Source: Octopus vulgaris (lineage: Eukaryota). From it: 64,000 nucleotides of DNA. Location of the stretch: NCBI GenBank assembly GCA_951406725.2, contig OX597818.1, positions 2,480,001 through 2,544,000 on the forward strand, in the 5' to 3' direction. The position numbers and the translations under genes are program-made. Position 1 is the stretch's first letter. Each line of letters opens with the position of its first letter. Under the pieces are notes generated by a model, which made no database searches, had not been told where the DNA came from, and saw nothing but the letters and a program-made list of their open reading frames with translations. This document shows, piece by piece, positions 1 through 11,592 of the stretch.

Positions 1-125
1 ACAGTAGGATGTGCTATGAGGGAGATTTAGATGTTCTTTCTAGCAAGTCAAGTGAAATTTCCTTTTTGTCTTAATTACTTCCATCTTAATGGAATCTTGG
101 TATTAATTCATTAAAAACTTGGCAG

Positions 126-310
126 GAAATCAAATGCAACCCAGAATTGGTGCCAGAGGATTTAATATCAAAGAAAGAAAACCAAAGATCTCTTGAGGAA
201 AGAGACAGCCTAAAGAACCAGAATGAAATTGAGAAACATTATGTGAAAATTCCACTTGAAGAAATGTCAAAGCCAAAGAATATCAAGAAAAGTTCCAATA
301 AAAAATCTTG
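126..310 (+). CDS. Candidate internal exon of an unidentified plus-strand host gene (Lys/Glu/Ser-rich, EIKCNPELVPED...SSNKKS)
   Basis: cag acceptor at 123-125, open frame (ORF 147-380), TG|gtcagt donor in phase 2, compatible with the exons at 710 and 2200. Confidence 0.5.
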
Positions 311-709
311 GTCAGTAAAAAGGAAATATTTATTGACATTTTTTAGAATTTTAATTAATCTAAAATATATGTATGAATAACTGTAGATTATTTCTAAATC
401 TGAACTTAATTAAAGTTTTATTATGAATACTTTGAATTCCTTGATGCGTATATTATATATTCATATAGGATACTTTAGACTAATAAAAGTAAAATATATA
501 AATGTCTTTGAATAATTCTTTCAGGTTTTGAATATATATTCTCTTAGATGATAGTTTGTACCAAATATTTTAGTTGTATGAAAATAAAATGTAACCAAAA
601 CAGGAAAATGAAACTAAACATCTCCATGGAAGTTCATGAGATTACAAACAAATAAAATCTAAAATCCTATGGATTAGTTAGTTGATGATAAATTTTTACT
701 TCATTTCAG

Positions 710-769
710 CAAACATGCCTACAAAAGCTTGAATAAAGCAAAAACAAATAACACTGTTTATGTTCAGTG
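710..769 (+). CDS. Candidate symmetric (phase 2-2) exon of the same plus-strand gene (KHAYKSLNKAKTNNTVYVQ)
   Basis: Polypyrimidine tract with tttcag acceptor, open frame, TG|gtttgt donor; preserves the frame between the neighbouring candidate exons. Confidence 0.35.
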
Positions 770-2199
770 GTTTGTGTGGAAATCTTTTCATTAATATTTC
801 ATAATTGAGTATCAATTAGAATTACTTGAAATGTAAGAGTTGTATTGTTATTTCTTTGAATGACTTGTACTTGTTGATTAAATATATTAACCATAGCTAA
901 GTAAATTGCTACATTGCTATGTAAATTGCTGCATTGCTATGTGAGTTGCCACTTTCACTATAAAACCAATCTTCTCTGCTTCTAATTCACAGTTTCATGG
1001 CTTGTGTATATTAACGTTTCTATAAGCCTTCAGCTATTTTTGTATATATTTTTTTTATCCCCACTAATCTTAGCCCCTTCCGGCTTATTTCAATTGTATC
1101 CACTGCCAGGGGACTCTGACATCCTGCTGCTAGTATTGGACTTTGACATGAACTTTAAATATATAATATTTAAAAAAATTTTCTCTGCAGTTATTTATTT
1201 ATTTATTTATTTATTACCTTATGGCATTTACTGTCAATTCATTGATTAGTGGTCAGAATAAGTATGTTGTCAAAACTGTCATTTATGAGACTAATGTTTT
1301 GAATGGAGAATTGATTGCTATAGCAGATAATTGAACTTATTAATGTAGGCCACCACTCTAAATATCCACAGCCTTCACTGATTCAGTGTAGGTGGATTGG
1401 CTTTAAATGGGATATGGCTTGGCTTGCAAAGACTGGCTTTGAATAAGATGTGGCTTGAGTAGGAATAGATGATGATTGTGGATCAATGAGGGCTAAACTA
1501 GAGGAGATGACTATGGCTAAAATCTATTGATTCAAATATATGTATGCAAATTTGTTGAGCTAAATTTACAAATCTATTGGACTAAATATACAAATATATT
1601 GGATTAAATAGGGTTTGTCAGGTGCACTAGCTAAACTGAATACAGTAGGTTCAGAAACTGCTTGAGATCTAAAATATTGTCTTGAGAAGTATAAGGAAAA
1701 TATACATCATAGTGAAAATGGACGATGTATATTAAGAGAAATGTTTTGAAAAAGCAGTTGATAGCACAAAAATCTAGCAGCATACTGTATGAGATCACAA
1801 AATATATGACGTGGACTGTAGAAAGTCACAAGTGTACTAGTCACAAAAATTTACAAGTAGATTATAGAAGGATTGGGGTTAATAATCAGAATAGATAAGT
1901 TTTTCTCAATACAATGTTGAGCTGCATGGAAGAATAATGCATGAAAAATTTATCCATGAGGAAGATGATGTTTAAACAGCTGTAATCATCTCACCAAAAT
2001 CTAGAATATTCCAAGTCAAGTGATATTATCAGCTGTAGAAGTTTCATTATTGCTGTCAAAACAAAGAAGAAAAAAATCTCTAAGATATTGACTTGTTAGT
2101 TGAAATAATAAGAAATGGTTTGTAAGTTCTTTCATAAGTGTTTCTGTTTAATTTCCTACAAATCTGTAATTTTACACTTTTGTGTTTTCCTCATTTCAG

Positions 2200-2285
2200 T
2201 CAAATAGTTTCTGAAGAACAAGAGGTACCAGTAAAAAATAAAAAGCTAAAGGCAAAGTTGGCCCAGTCTGTTGGTTCAACAAAAG
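2200..2285 (+). CDS. Candidate exon of the plus-strand gene (QIVSEEQEVPVKNKKLKAKLAQSVGSTK)
   Basis: Strong acceptor ttttcctcatttcag, AAG|gtaac donor, open frame, phase 2 start and phase 1 end. Confidence 0.55.
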
Positions 2286-2691
2286 GTAACAAACATTTGT
2301 AAAATTAGCAGTAAATTAATCTCAAGACATTTGAATGAATTGACCAACAAATGTGGTTTCAAATGTTGCTACATCAATGCCAGTATACTCACCTGAATGC
2401 TTAGCTGTTAATAGACCAAGAACAGTGAAAACATTTTCAATGAAAAATAGAATATTGCAATACAAATGTATTACTTTTCAATAAAATAAAGCACCATAAA
2501 GGTAGAAGTATAAATATAGAGGCGTAGTACAACAAAGCACGAGTGTTTACTGGAAATAGCAGCCGATACATTTACGACACTATAGTAAAGCTTCAATGTG
2601 TATATACTGGCAAAGACATGTGAGCACAGCGAACATAAAAAATTTTGTTTTACCTCAAGGAAGAACATTATATAAATGGACAACCCAGAAT

Positions 2692-2777
2692 CAGATAATC
2701 CAGTACCTAGATTTTAGACTCTTCAAATACATTTGTCATTGTAAATTTGATTAGTCTTCATCAGCTGGATTTACCTG
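2692..2777 (-). ncRNA. Degenerate type I hammerhead ribozyme motif (GAAA to AAAA)
   Basis: Minus strand: caggtaaatccag-CTGATGA-agact...agtct-AAAA-tctagg-TA-ctggattatctg; stems I and II pair. Confidence 0.6.
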
Positions 2778-2778
2778 G

Positions 2779-2835
<57 letters not shown>

Positions 2836-3444
2836 TTTTTTAAAGCCTGGTGCTTATTCTCTTGATCACTTTTGCTCAACTGCTTGTCAAGTGGTGGTGG
2901 GGCACAAACACAGACACAAAGACACACACATAGTATATACACACGCACATACACATACACATACATATATATGGTGGGATTTCTGTTTCCATCTACCAAA
3001 TTCACTTGCAAGGATTTCGTTGGCCTGAATCTAGTTATATGTTTTATGAAAATATATATTTGTTATTTATGTTTTTGTTTATGTCTATCACTGTTTGAGT
3101 TGCATAATAGTGGTTTTATCTCTGATTTATGTTTATATATATATTTATTTAAAAAAAGTTTTATCTAGTTTTAGCTCACGAGCTGTGGCCATGCTGGGGC
3201 ATATATATATATAAAATATGAAGGGTTTTGTTCATTTGTGATCTAAATGAATATGTACGATGGGTAATTGCTATAATTGGTCGACCATTAGGTTCCAAGA
3301 TCACAGCTAAGGCTGGATCTAGGCATCTGTGTTAGGTTTCCGTTATAGTGTGTATATATTATATTAGAGGAAAAATCAAAACCAAGGCAGAATGAGTATC
3401 TCAAGTCATTTAGAATAATTTAAATAGGGTAAGGTGAATTTGAA

Positions 3445-3520
3445 GTCTTACAGCTGTTTCTAGTATTACCCAAGTGGTTGGTTAGCATGTTCATGCACTG
3501 GGTATTCCATCATCAGAGAC
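3445..3520 (-). ncRNA. Type I hammerhead ribozyme in Penelope pLTR (inverted copy)
   Basis: Near-exact reverse complement of 6271-6346 with an intact catalytic core. Confidence 0.8.
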
Positions 3521-3564
3521 AAGGTATGAATATTTTAGATGGGGTAAATTAGAAAATAGTGTAT

Positions 3565-3610
<46 letters not shown>

Positions 3611-4618
3611 GTATATATATATACATACATATACATAGACATATGTGCATACATATATACATATAGAAACATACACATACATATGTACATATATGCACAT
3701 AAGCATACATATAAAGCATGCACATATACATATACACACATACATACACACACACACACACACACATATATACACACATATATTGTAATGACCTTGGATG
3801 GATGTGTTGTGCATGTTGATTTTGTTTGCATTTGGATGTATGGAAGAATTTAAAGGTGTGATAGAACCTATGACAACATGTAGAAAAAGCTTTGTTTTGT
3901 TTTTTTGATTATTGTTGTGAATTGTGTATTAATATTCGGAAGGCTTCTTTTACGCATAGTCCACAATTGGATCGCTGGCCTTGATATGGGATCCTGGAAT
4001 CTATTATGGCCCAAGATATACTTTATAGTACCTTTCTGTTTATTAGATGGTGTATATGGTTGGCTAGTAACTATTAAGGACCTCAGGTGAGACACTTTTG
4101 TCAGCCCTGCACTCACCTGTATATCACTTGATTGAAACTCAAACAGATAAACAACAATGAAGCCTACGCATCACCTCTAACAAATACTATAGATTATACT
4201 TGCCCTGTTTTGCCTAACAAAAGCATGGGTAGATCGATTCTCTGGTTTACACCCCCATTCGCCTTAAATGTTAAGGGCTTAGCCAAAACATTCTTTCAAA
4301 TAGTAGATGCTAACTTCCCACATCACCATAAGTACCACTCAATCTTTAATAGATCTACTCTAAAATTATCCTCTCTGCCCAATATATAATATATTGTTAC
4401 CTCTTCCAATAAATGTAAACTTAATTCCTACTACCTAAATATACATAATCATAACATTAGTCAAAGCTACGAAAACACTAATACCAACTTTGATGGTACA
4501 CACCACACCCACAACCCTAACACTACAACCAGAATTAACCAAGATACAAACATACCTGCATCCTATGAAGGTCGAAGTGTGACTGAGGTGACTGTTGATA
4601 CTAATAGCACTACCACTA

Positions 4619-5400
4619 ATCTGGGTCAACCCATAAATAATGCAGTTTTTTTTATACTTTTATTTTTCAAAATTAAGATAAAGAAAGTTCTTTTTTAATC
4701 TAAAATATACTCTCCTTCATTTTCTACAATGCTCTTCCATCTATCTGGTAGACTTGCAAGGACCCTCTTCCAAAATTCACTTTTCCATGACAAAAAATAC
4801 TCCTCCAGTACTGTTCTGACTTTGTCTACAGAATTCATATTTTTTCCATCCAAATGATTTTGAAAACTGTGGAATAATTGATAATCAGACTCAAAAATTT
4901 TTTGAGGAACCCATTGACCCAATTCACTGACTCTTCTGATTGCACACAGGTGTCAATGAATAGTTGAATAACCAAATCCAAGCTTCTCTGCTAGTTCCTC
5001 AACAGTTATGATGGGATTTTGTTCCACCAGGGTTTGCAGGACATCCTTATCGAGCTCTACAGATCTTCCAGGATGAGGCTTGTCTTCTAGACTGTAGTTT
5101 CCAGCTTGAAATTTCTGGACCCACCATGGACACTGGCTTACGCATATTGTCTGATCCCCATATGCTGCATTAATATTCCTTGCACTTTCTGTTGCAATGT
5201 TGTTTTTATTGAACTCATAAAACAAAATATGTCAAATATGCACCTTTGTCACTTCCATTATAGCTTTGAAAAAAATAACTGTTAAAACAGAACTGCACTC
5301 TTCAAAACTTGTTCTAAGAATAAGGACATGGTAAAATTATTACCTGCTTTTATAGCCAGTTGATGCAGGTAGTTTATCCCTTACCCCTCCAACGTTTTTT
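4619..5400 (-). mobile_element. Internally deleted mariner (Tc1/mariner) transposon
   Basis: HTH region FYEFNK...ARNINAAYG...LEDKPHPGR, WVP motif joined almost directly to SDYQLFHS...LPDRWKSIVENEGEYI (catalytic DDD core largely deleted); TIR-like gggtcaacccataaataatgc near 4620. Confidence 0.85.
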
Positions 5401-6270
5401 TCTCCTACCTCTCTATCAACATAAGTATCTTAGAAACTAGCTAATTTCAACTCAATTTAAAAAATTTTTATAGTTTTTTCAGATTTTAATTTTCTTGCTT
5501 TGTAATTTTAAGTTTAGGTTTTAAATTTAAATTTTGAATTTTAGGTTTAATTTGTAGTCATTTATCTCATCATTTATGGCTATGAAACTTGAAATACAGT
5601 TTTAAATATCTGCACTAAACTATTGTCCTTATAACCTTACCTAGATTGAACTTCCACCCCCATTCTACTGAAACTTTAACGTTTGACCTCTAACCCTCAT
5701 ATAATATTGATATATCTATATTGTTACCTTTACTTTTATTTATTTATATCTTATTCTTTACCTTGTTATTTCTATCTTATTTTATTTTTATTTCCTTTCT
5801 CCTCCTCCCATACACAAAACCCATTTAGGATATATCTGTCATTACCTTTTCTTTTATTATTTTATTTATATTTATATTTTATTCTTATTTTCCCTATTAA
5901 TACTATCTTCTAATTTTTCTTCTATCCCTATCTTTCTCTCTCTCTCTCTTAAACACCAACTCACAAAACCCACTTATGTCCATCATACTTTTTCGCGCTA
6001 TATACACATTTACAGTATGAATACATCATTCAGAACACAGCCAAAATATTGCCTGGATTTACCTGGGATTTTAACTAAAAACCTGTACCTTCATGGATCA
6101 ACTTCCATATCCTCTAGAAAAAGATGAGTTATGAACATTATTCTCCTCCTAACTACTTTTACTCTTCATTCTTCTATTTTACTCCTTTATTTTCTATTTT
6201 ATTCCTTATAAGCTGGGAATTTTATTCCTTGTAAACTGTAAATTTACCCCATCTAAAATATTCATACCTT

Positions 6271-6346
6271 GTCTCTGATGATGGAATACCCAGTGCACGA
6301 ACATGCTAACCAACCACTTGGGTAATACTAGAAACAGCTGTAAGAC
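6271..6346 (+). ncRNA. Type I hammerhead ribozyme in Penelope pLTR
   Basis: GTCT-CTGATGA-[tggaatacccagtg...cacttgggtaatacta]-GAAA-CAGCTG-TA-AGAC; palindromic stem III; predicted cleavage after GUA at 6342. Confidence 0.85.
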
Positions 6347-6446
6347 TTCAAATTCACCTTACCCAAATTAAATTATTCTAAATGACTTGAGATGCTCATT
6401 CTGCTTTTGTTTTGATTTTTCCTCTAATATAGTATATATAATTATA

Positions 6447-6490
<44 letters not shown>

Positions 6491-6674
6491 GAATTAGAGA
6501 TAAAACCACTATTAGGCAACTCAAACAGTGATAGACATAAACCAATACATAAATAACAAATAACATAAATATAAATAAATATAATTAATATAATATATAA
6601 TATATAAAATTAAAATTAAAATTTTTTTCCAATAAGTATAAAAAGAATGATAAATATAAGGAACATACGCGTTG

Positions 6675-6990
6675 ATATATATGGAAAAAAAAAGTCAAGG
6701 TAGAAAATGCTAAAATAATTTTACCGGTTTCAGTCATTGAGACTTTTTCAACTGTAAGTATGACCTCAAACCCACAAGAGAAACAGAGACAGGCAGAAAC
6801 AAGAAAAATGCCCCTTGTATATGAATACTATGCAAATATTCTTTTAAAAAACTTTTCTTTTAATTTTTCCAAAATTTAATTGTTTTCCATACTTACAGTT
6901 GAAAAAGTCTCAATGACTGAAACCGGTACTGAAATGTATTTAAGAAAATTATTTTAGCATTTTCTACCTTGAGTTTTTTTCCATATACAT
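6675..6990. repeat. Inverted-repeat element (6675-6761 / 6889-6990) with a degenerate hammerhead at 6895-6931; probable PLE pLTR remnant
   Basis: cag-TTGAAAA-agtc tcaat gact-GAAA-CCGG-TA-ctg with a mirror copy at about 6722-6760; (TA)-rich flanks. Confidence 0.55.
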
Positions 6991-7009
6991 ATATATATAT
7001 ATATGCATA

Positions 7010-7350
7010 TTATCATCATCATCATCGTTTAATGTCCACTTTCCATGCTAGCATGGGCTGGACATGTCACTGAGGGCTGGCAAACAAGATGGCTGCACCA
7101 GGCTTCAATCTTGATCTGGCAGATTTTCTACAGCTGGATGCCCTTCCTAACGCCAACCATGCTGAGAGTGTAGTGGGTGCTTTTACGTGCCACCGGCATG
7201 GGGCCAGTCAGGCGGCACTGGCAACGACCTTGCTCGAATCTTTTACACATGCTACCAGCGCGGGTGCCAGTAAGGCGATGCTGGTAACAATCACGCTTGA
7301 ATGGTGTTTTTTACATGCCACCTGCGCGGAGGCCAGATAGCTGCTCTGGC
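7010..7350 (-). mobile_element. 3' end of the RTE LINE family (or an RTE-tailed SINE) with (ATC)n tail
   Basis: Shares cagctggatgcccttcctaacgccaacca and gcatggaaag..ggac with copies at 19100-19540, 19640-19960, 50670-50950 and 61830-62110. Confidence 0.75.
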
Positions 7351-7364
7351 AATGATATATGCAC

Positions 7365-8097
7365 ATATATCTTAATGTAGGATGAAATTTTTTTCGAAAA
7401 AAATTCTTTTCCAAAAAAATCTTATCAATGGCCAGCATATTAAAAAAATACCCTTAAAGGTTAAATTTGTAAACAATTCATAAATAAGGGCAAACGAAAA
7501 AATTTCTAATGCCAAATATGCCGAAAAATTGGACATATTGTCCATTAACCATTAATTTTTTCACAATTCGCACGCTACTCGAAATAAGGTTGACAGAAAT
7601 TTCTAAAAAATTCCATTATTACCATATTGGACCGATTTCAGGGTTAGCTTGTAACAGCCCTTCCTTCGTCAGTGATACATGTGGCAAAAGAAATAAATGA
7701 GATACTTACTCATACCCATGGAAGAAGCAATCACTAAGTCATGAGCACAATTAAGTACCCCAAATACATCCAAAATAGAAATACTCCAGCCCATTCGAGA
7801 CACGTGCGATTTGAACTGATGCTCTCACAGAGTGAAAGAGTCCGGAAGTGAACGCTTAAATTTATATCTTAATGTAGGATAAAATTTTTTTCAAAAAAAA
7901 TTCTTTTAAAAAAAAATTTTATCAATGGCCAGCATATTAAAAAATACCTTTAAAGGTTAAATTTATAAACAATTCATAAATAAGGGCAAACGAAAAAATT
8001 TCTAATGCCAAATATGCCGAAAAATTGGACATATTGTCCATTAACTTTTGGAAAACAATTTTTTTTCGAAAAAAATTTTATCCTACATTAAGATATA
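7365..8097. repeat. About 180-bp direct repeat (7365-7548 / 7864-8045) plus an inverted segment (8046-8097), enclosing a hammerhead motif
   Basis: Repeats read directly from the sequence; hammerhead core on the minus strand at 7624-7680. Confidence 0.7.
7624..7680 (-). ncRNA. Hammerhead ribozyme motif (intact core, weakened stem I)
   Basis: gtatca-CTGACGA-aggaagggctgttacaagctaaccct-GAAA-TCGG-TC-caatat. Confidence 0.6.
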
Positions 8098-8101
8098 ACA
8101 G

Positions 8102-8141
8102 CTACAGACGCGTTTCAGGGTATTTGCCCCTTGTCAATGTA
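8102..8141 (-). ncRNA. Degenerate minimal hammerhead motif
   Basis: taca-TTGACAA-gggg caaat accct-GAAA-CGCG-TC-tgta; the core is two transitions from CTGACGA; partial second copy at 8502-8526. Confidence 0.55.
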
Positions 8142-8191
8142 ATCTCTTTTAGAGAGACTTAGTAATTTTAATATTTCTATTATATATATAT

Positions 8192-8282
<91 letters not shown>

Positions 8283-8682
8283 TTAAAATAACTAAGTCTC
8301 TCTAAAAGAGAACAGCGGCAGCGTTCCCGGAAAATAATATTTATCGCCATACTAATATGGCATTCTTATAAAAATAAGAAAAAAGCTGTCCGCTTATTAG
8401 CTCCATGAGGCAATCGCCTTAAGTTAGCTATTTGATACACAAACTGTATCCATATAACCTTCGAACAAGGGAGGTCAGTCGCTCCACACTACTTGACCGG
8501 CAGCTACAGACGCGTTTCGGGGTATTCCACCGGATGTATTCCACCGAAACTAGGTAAATATTAATGAAGAATTAACTTTATAATTATATCTCATGGTTAT
8601 GTTTGAAGACTGAATCAAAGAAACCTTTAAGTTTTGATGAGTTTTGGAAATTAACAAACATCTAGTCTTAGTTTGACTGGAA

Positions 8683-11568
8683 TGCCTGTCCACAATGTAG
8701 CGCATCAGATGGAGGTTGTCACGTATGGTTCTGCCTGGCATGGCGCATGCTTGCGCCTTGTCGACCAGTTTACCAATGACAAGCGCCAACCTCTCGGCTA
8801 TTACTTTGGCTAAAATTTTCAAATCTGCGTTGAGCAGGGTGATGGGCCTGAAATTATCTATAAATTTCCCCTTGTTTGGGTCTTTCTTCAGCAACATCAC
8901 TGCACCTCGGCTCACAAAACCGGGGATTCTCCCGTTTTGTTGCCAGTTGCAGTAGACTGATGCCAAGAGGTCGCCAAACAAGTCTGGCATTTGACAATAC
9001 AGCTCGTAGGGTATACCATCCAAACCAGGCGACTTATCCCTCGCGCAGCCCGCCATCGCATCCCGTATGTCGGCAGCTGTGATGGGACTCTCACAACACT
9101 CCGCTTCTCTTGCCGAGAGCCGCGGCAGGTTGGTCAGGTAGGCACTGAAATCCATCCTGCGTTCCAACCCACCACTCGCACCAAACAGTCGAGCAAAGTG
9201 CTGTTGAAAGGCCTCACACATCCTTTCGGGTAAACTGCATCCATGTTGATCTATTAGAGACCTCTCGGGCCTCTCGCGCAGCTTCGATCCCTTTGTTCCT
9301 TAAGGCACGCATTTTAGCTCTGACGACGCAACCTTCGTGTTTGGCGTTGAGGTGTTGGTCGAGGGCCATCCTCGCAGCCAGCACCTTAACTAAGTCTCCC
9401 TCTATTCTATTTCGATCTATCGCTAATTCCTTGCTAAACCTAATTGATTCCGATTTTATTGCCATTTTCAGGGCAAACCACCAGCAGTTGTTAACGATGG
9501 CTCCCGCCAACGCCCTCTTAATTAACTCGCTAATCCGGTTCCTGTAAACCTGTAGCACTAAGAGCGACGTGTTCAGTTTCCAGTAACCGGGACTCTGTCT
9601 ATGTGTCTTATCTAAGTCGAGCATACACGTCACAAATTTGTGATCTCTGTAGCTGACTATTTTAAATTGTGGACATCCTACACTATCCCTATCCTCTATC
9701 CTGCATAGAATTCTATCTAGATAAGATCTCGACGATCCGACACGGTTTGTCCAAGTCCACGTTGGCACATTCGGATGGTCGAGACGGAACCTGTCAGACA
9801 AATGGAAACGTCTGAGCAGGTCTTTGAGGCACTTACATCCCCTTCTATTCCTATCCATTCCCACATAGTCTGGATGCGTGTCCAAGGTAGCGTTCCAATC
9901 CCCTACTAACAGTAAAGGTCTAGACGTACCCAAGAAAACCTCTAGACGTCTGAAGAAATCCGCCCGACCCGTTAAGGACGGTGCATAAACTGCCATCAGA
10001 CGGAATGCACACCCATTTCTGCCATCCACATCCAAGACAACCAGCCTACCCTCCGAGTCTAGGAATATTGGTCTTACTTTTACATTTAGACACTTTAGAA
10101 AAAGCACCGCGATACCACCACCACCCATGTTTGGCAGACAGGAAGAAAAATAAATGTCGAATTGACCGCCAAACATGGACACGAGGGCCTGCGGCTTACT
10201 GTGTCTGGTTTCACTGATAGCTACTATATCAACGTTCAGTGACTTGATGTCATTTAGAAGGTAACCTTGTTTCCAAGCCGATGCCAAGCCACGCACATTC
10301 ACACAACCTAATTTAAGCATAATTGATGTTTCACAAACATTGAAAGAGACGAGAGGGAAGGTTACTTACTCATTTCGAAAGTTTGAGTTTTTTTCTTCTT
10401 CTTTTGAAATGTCTTTGAGGAGGTGTTTATAAAGTTTTTTCGATAGATACTTTTGAAACTCCCCGACCGCATTTGGAAAGATGGTTTTGAGTGTGTAGTG
10501 CTACGTTTGTGTGATGTGTAGTATTTTTATGTGTGTCGGTGGTGTAGTGCGTGGATGATTTTTCACTTTAAAGTCATCTTCACAAATGTTTGTGTTAGAT
10601 GCAATGTATTCCTTTAGTTTTTTTTTCTGTGTCTATTGCTGTTAGTTGTGTGTGTGTTTTTGCGGGGTCATTGATGGTTTGTGTAAGGAGCTGTCAGGAG
10701 TTAAATATATCCCTACTTTACTTGCTTGTTTGGTGGGGTTTTTTTTTCCTTTTACCCCCTGTGGCTATTTGCCATTCTGTCGAACTTTCGTCGTTAGACG
10801 AAAAGTCTGACGAATCAGAAGGGGGTAAAAGCAAAGCATTTGCATCAATATGCATGTTTGTATAAAGTGTTGTTGTTTTGTGCGGTGTTTGTGTTGTTGT
10901 GGTATTAGGGGTAGAATTTGTCTTCTCGTCATTGTCATTTGTTTTGTTAGTTGTCGTCCTTGGTGCTGGTGTTGGTCTGTCTTTTGATGTTGGTTGTGGT
11001 TTTGCTTCTTTATTTGGTTGCGACGTCAACGATAATTGTGGTGGTGCTGTTTCTCTTATTGGTGATGTTGTTGGGGTTTGTTTGCTAGTTTGTTGTTGTT
11101 CTTGGCGTTGTTCCATATTTCTATAAAATTCTTGCATCAGTAGTGGGTTTGGTGGTGTTGGTAGCAAAGGTTGTTTTTTATTTGTTTTCTGTTTTGTTTG
11201 CAAATTTTCTTGTTTTTTTCTGTACCAAAACGCACTTTGCAATTAAGTGGTCTGGGCTGCCACAGAGGTAACAACATAGTTTTTTTCGCCTCCGCCACCA
11301 CATATAGGCTTTGTCCATTCTCTAAATATATAATATTTGGTAAATTCTCGATAGAAGACTCATCGATTTGAATAGTGACTTCTATCGATTTCCCACTCCA
11401 ATTATCATTTTTAACAACGGCGATTTCTAATATGTTGATCGATTTTAAATGATAACATATCGCCAATGTTATCCATTTTGGTTGGATTTCGGGTGGAACA
11501 TTCATTATTTTTATCTTACTCTTTGTCCCATGTAGTATGGGACCATGACGAGTTCTTCATTTTGTAAT
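8683..11568 (-). mobile_element. Tx1/L1-clade LINE, copy A (partial ORF1, APE endonuclease and RT N-terminus; 3' part lost)
   Basis: ORF1 zinc knuckle CYLCGSPDHLIAKC (frameshifted); ORF2 NVRGL, ISET, VYAP, GDWN, YLDR, DH, YWKLN; KSPGLDG, NFRPITLLNADLKILAKV. Confidence 0.9.
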
Positions 11569-11592
11569 GATAGATAGATAGATAGATAGATA

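Larger units (their letters stand above)
3360..6431. mobile_element. Penelope-like retroelement remnant with inverted pseudo-LTRs (3360-3550 and 6241-6431), interrupted by a mariner
   Basis: About 190-bp near-identical inverted repeats; plus-strand ORF 4132-4389 has the PLE linker ILWFTPPF...NFPHHHKYHSIFNRSTLKLS; minus strand 3860-4110 has the GIY-YIG C-terminal WAIID...CGLCVKE motif. Confidence 0.8.

Noticed and set aside
3491-3853. Several ORFs rich in YI/CV/HT (also at 2751-3168, 20124-20632, 25443-25791, 30003-30372, 46112-46468, 55994-56222)
   Set aside because: They are translations of (TA)n, (CA)n and (TACA)n microsatellites, not genes
7815-7845. ctgatgctctcacagagtgaaagagtc as a further hammerhead
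   Set aside because: The core lacks A9 and no stem I or stem III could be formed
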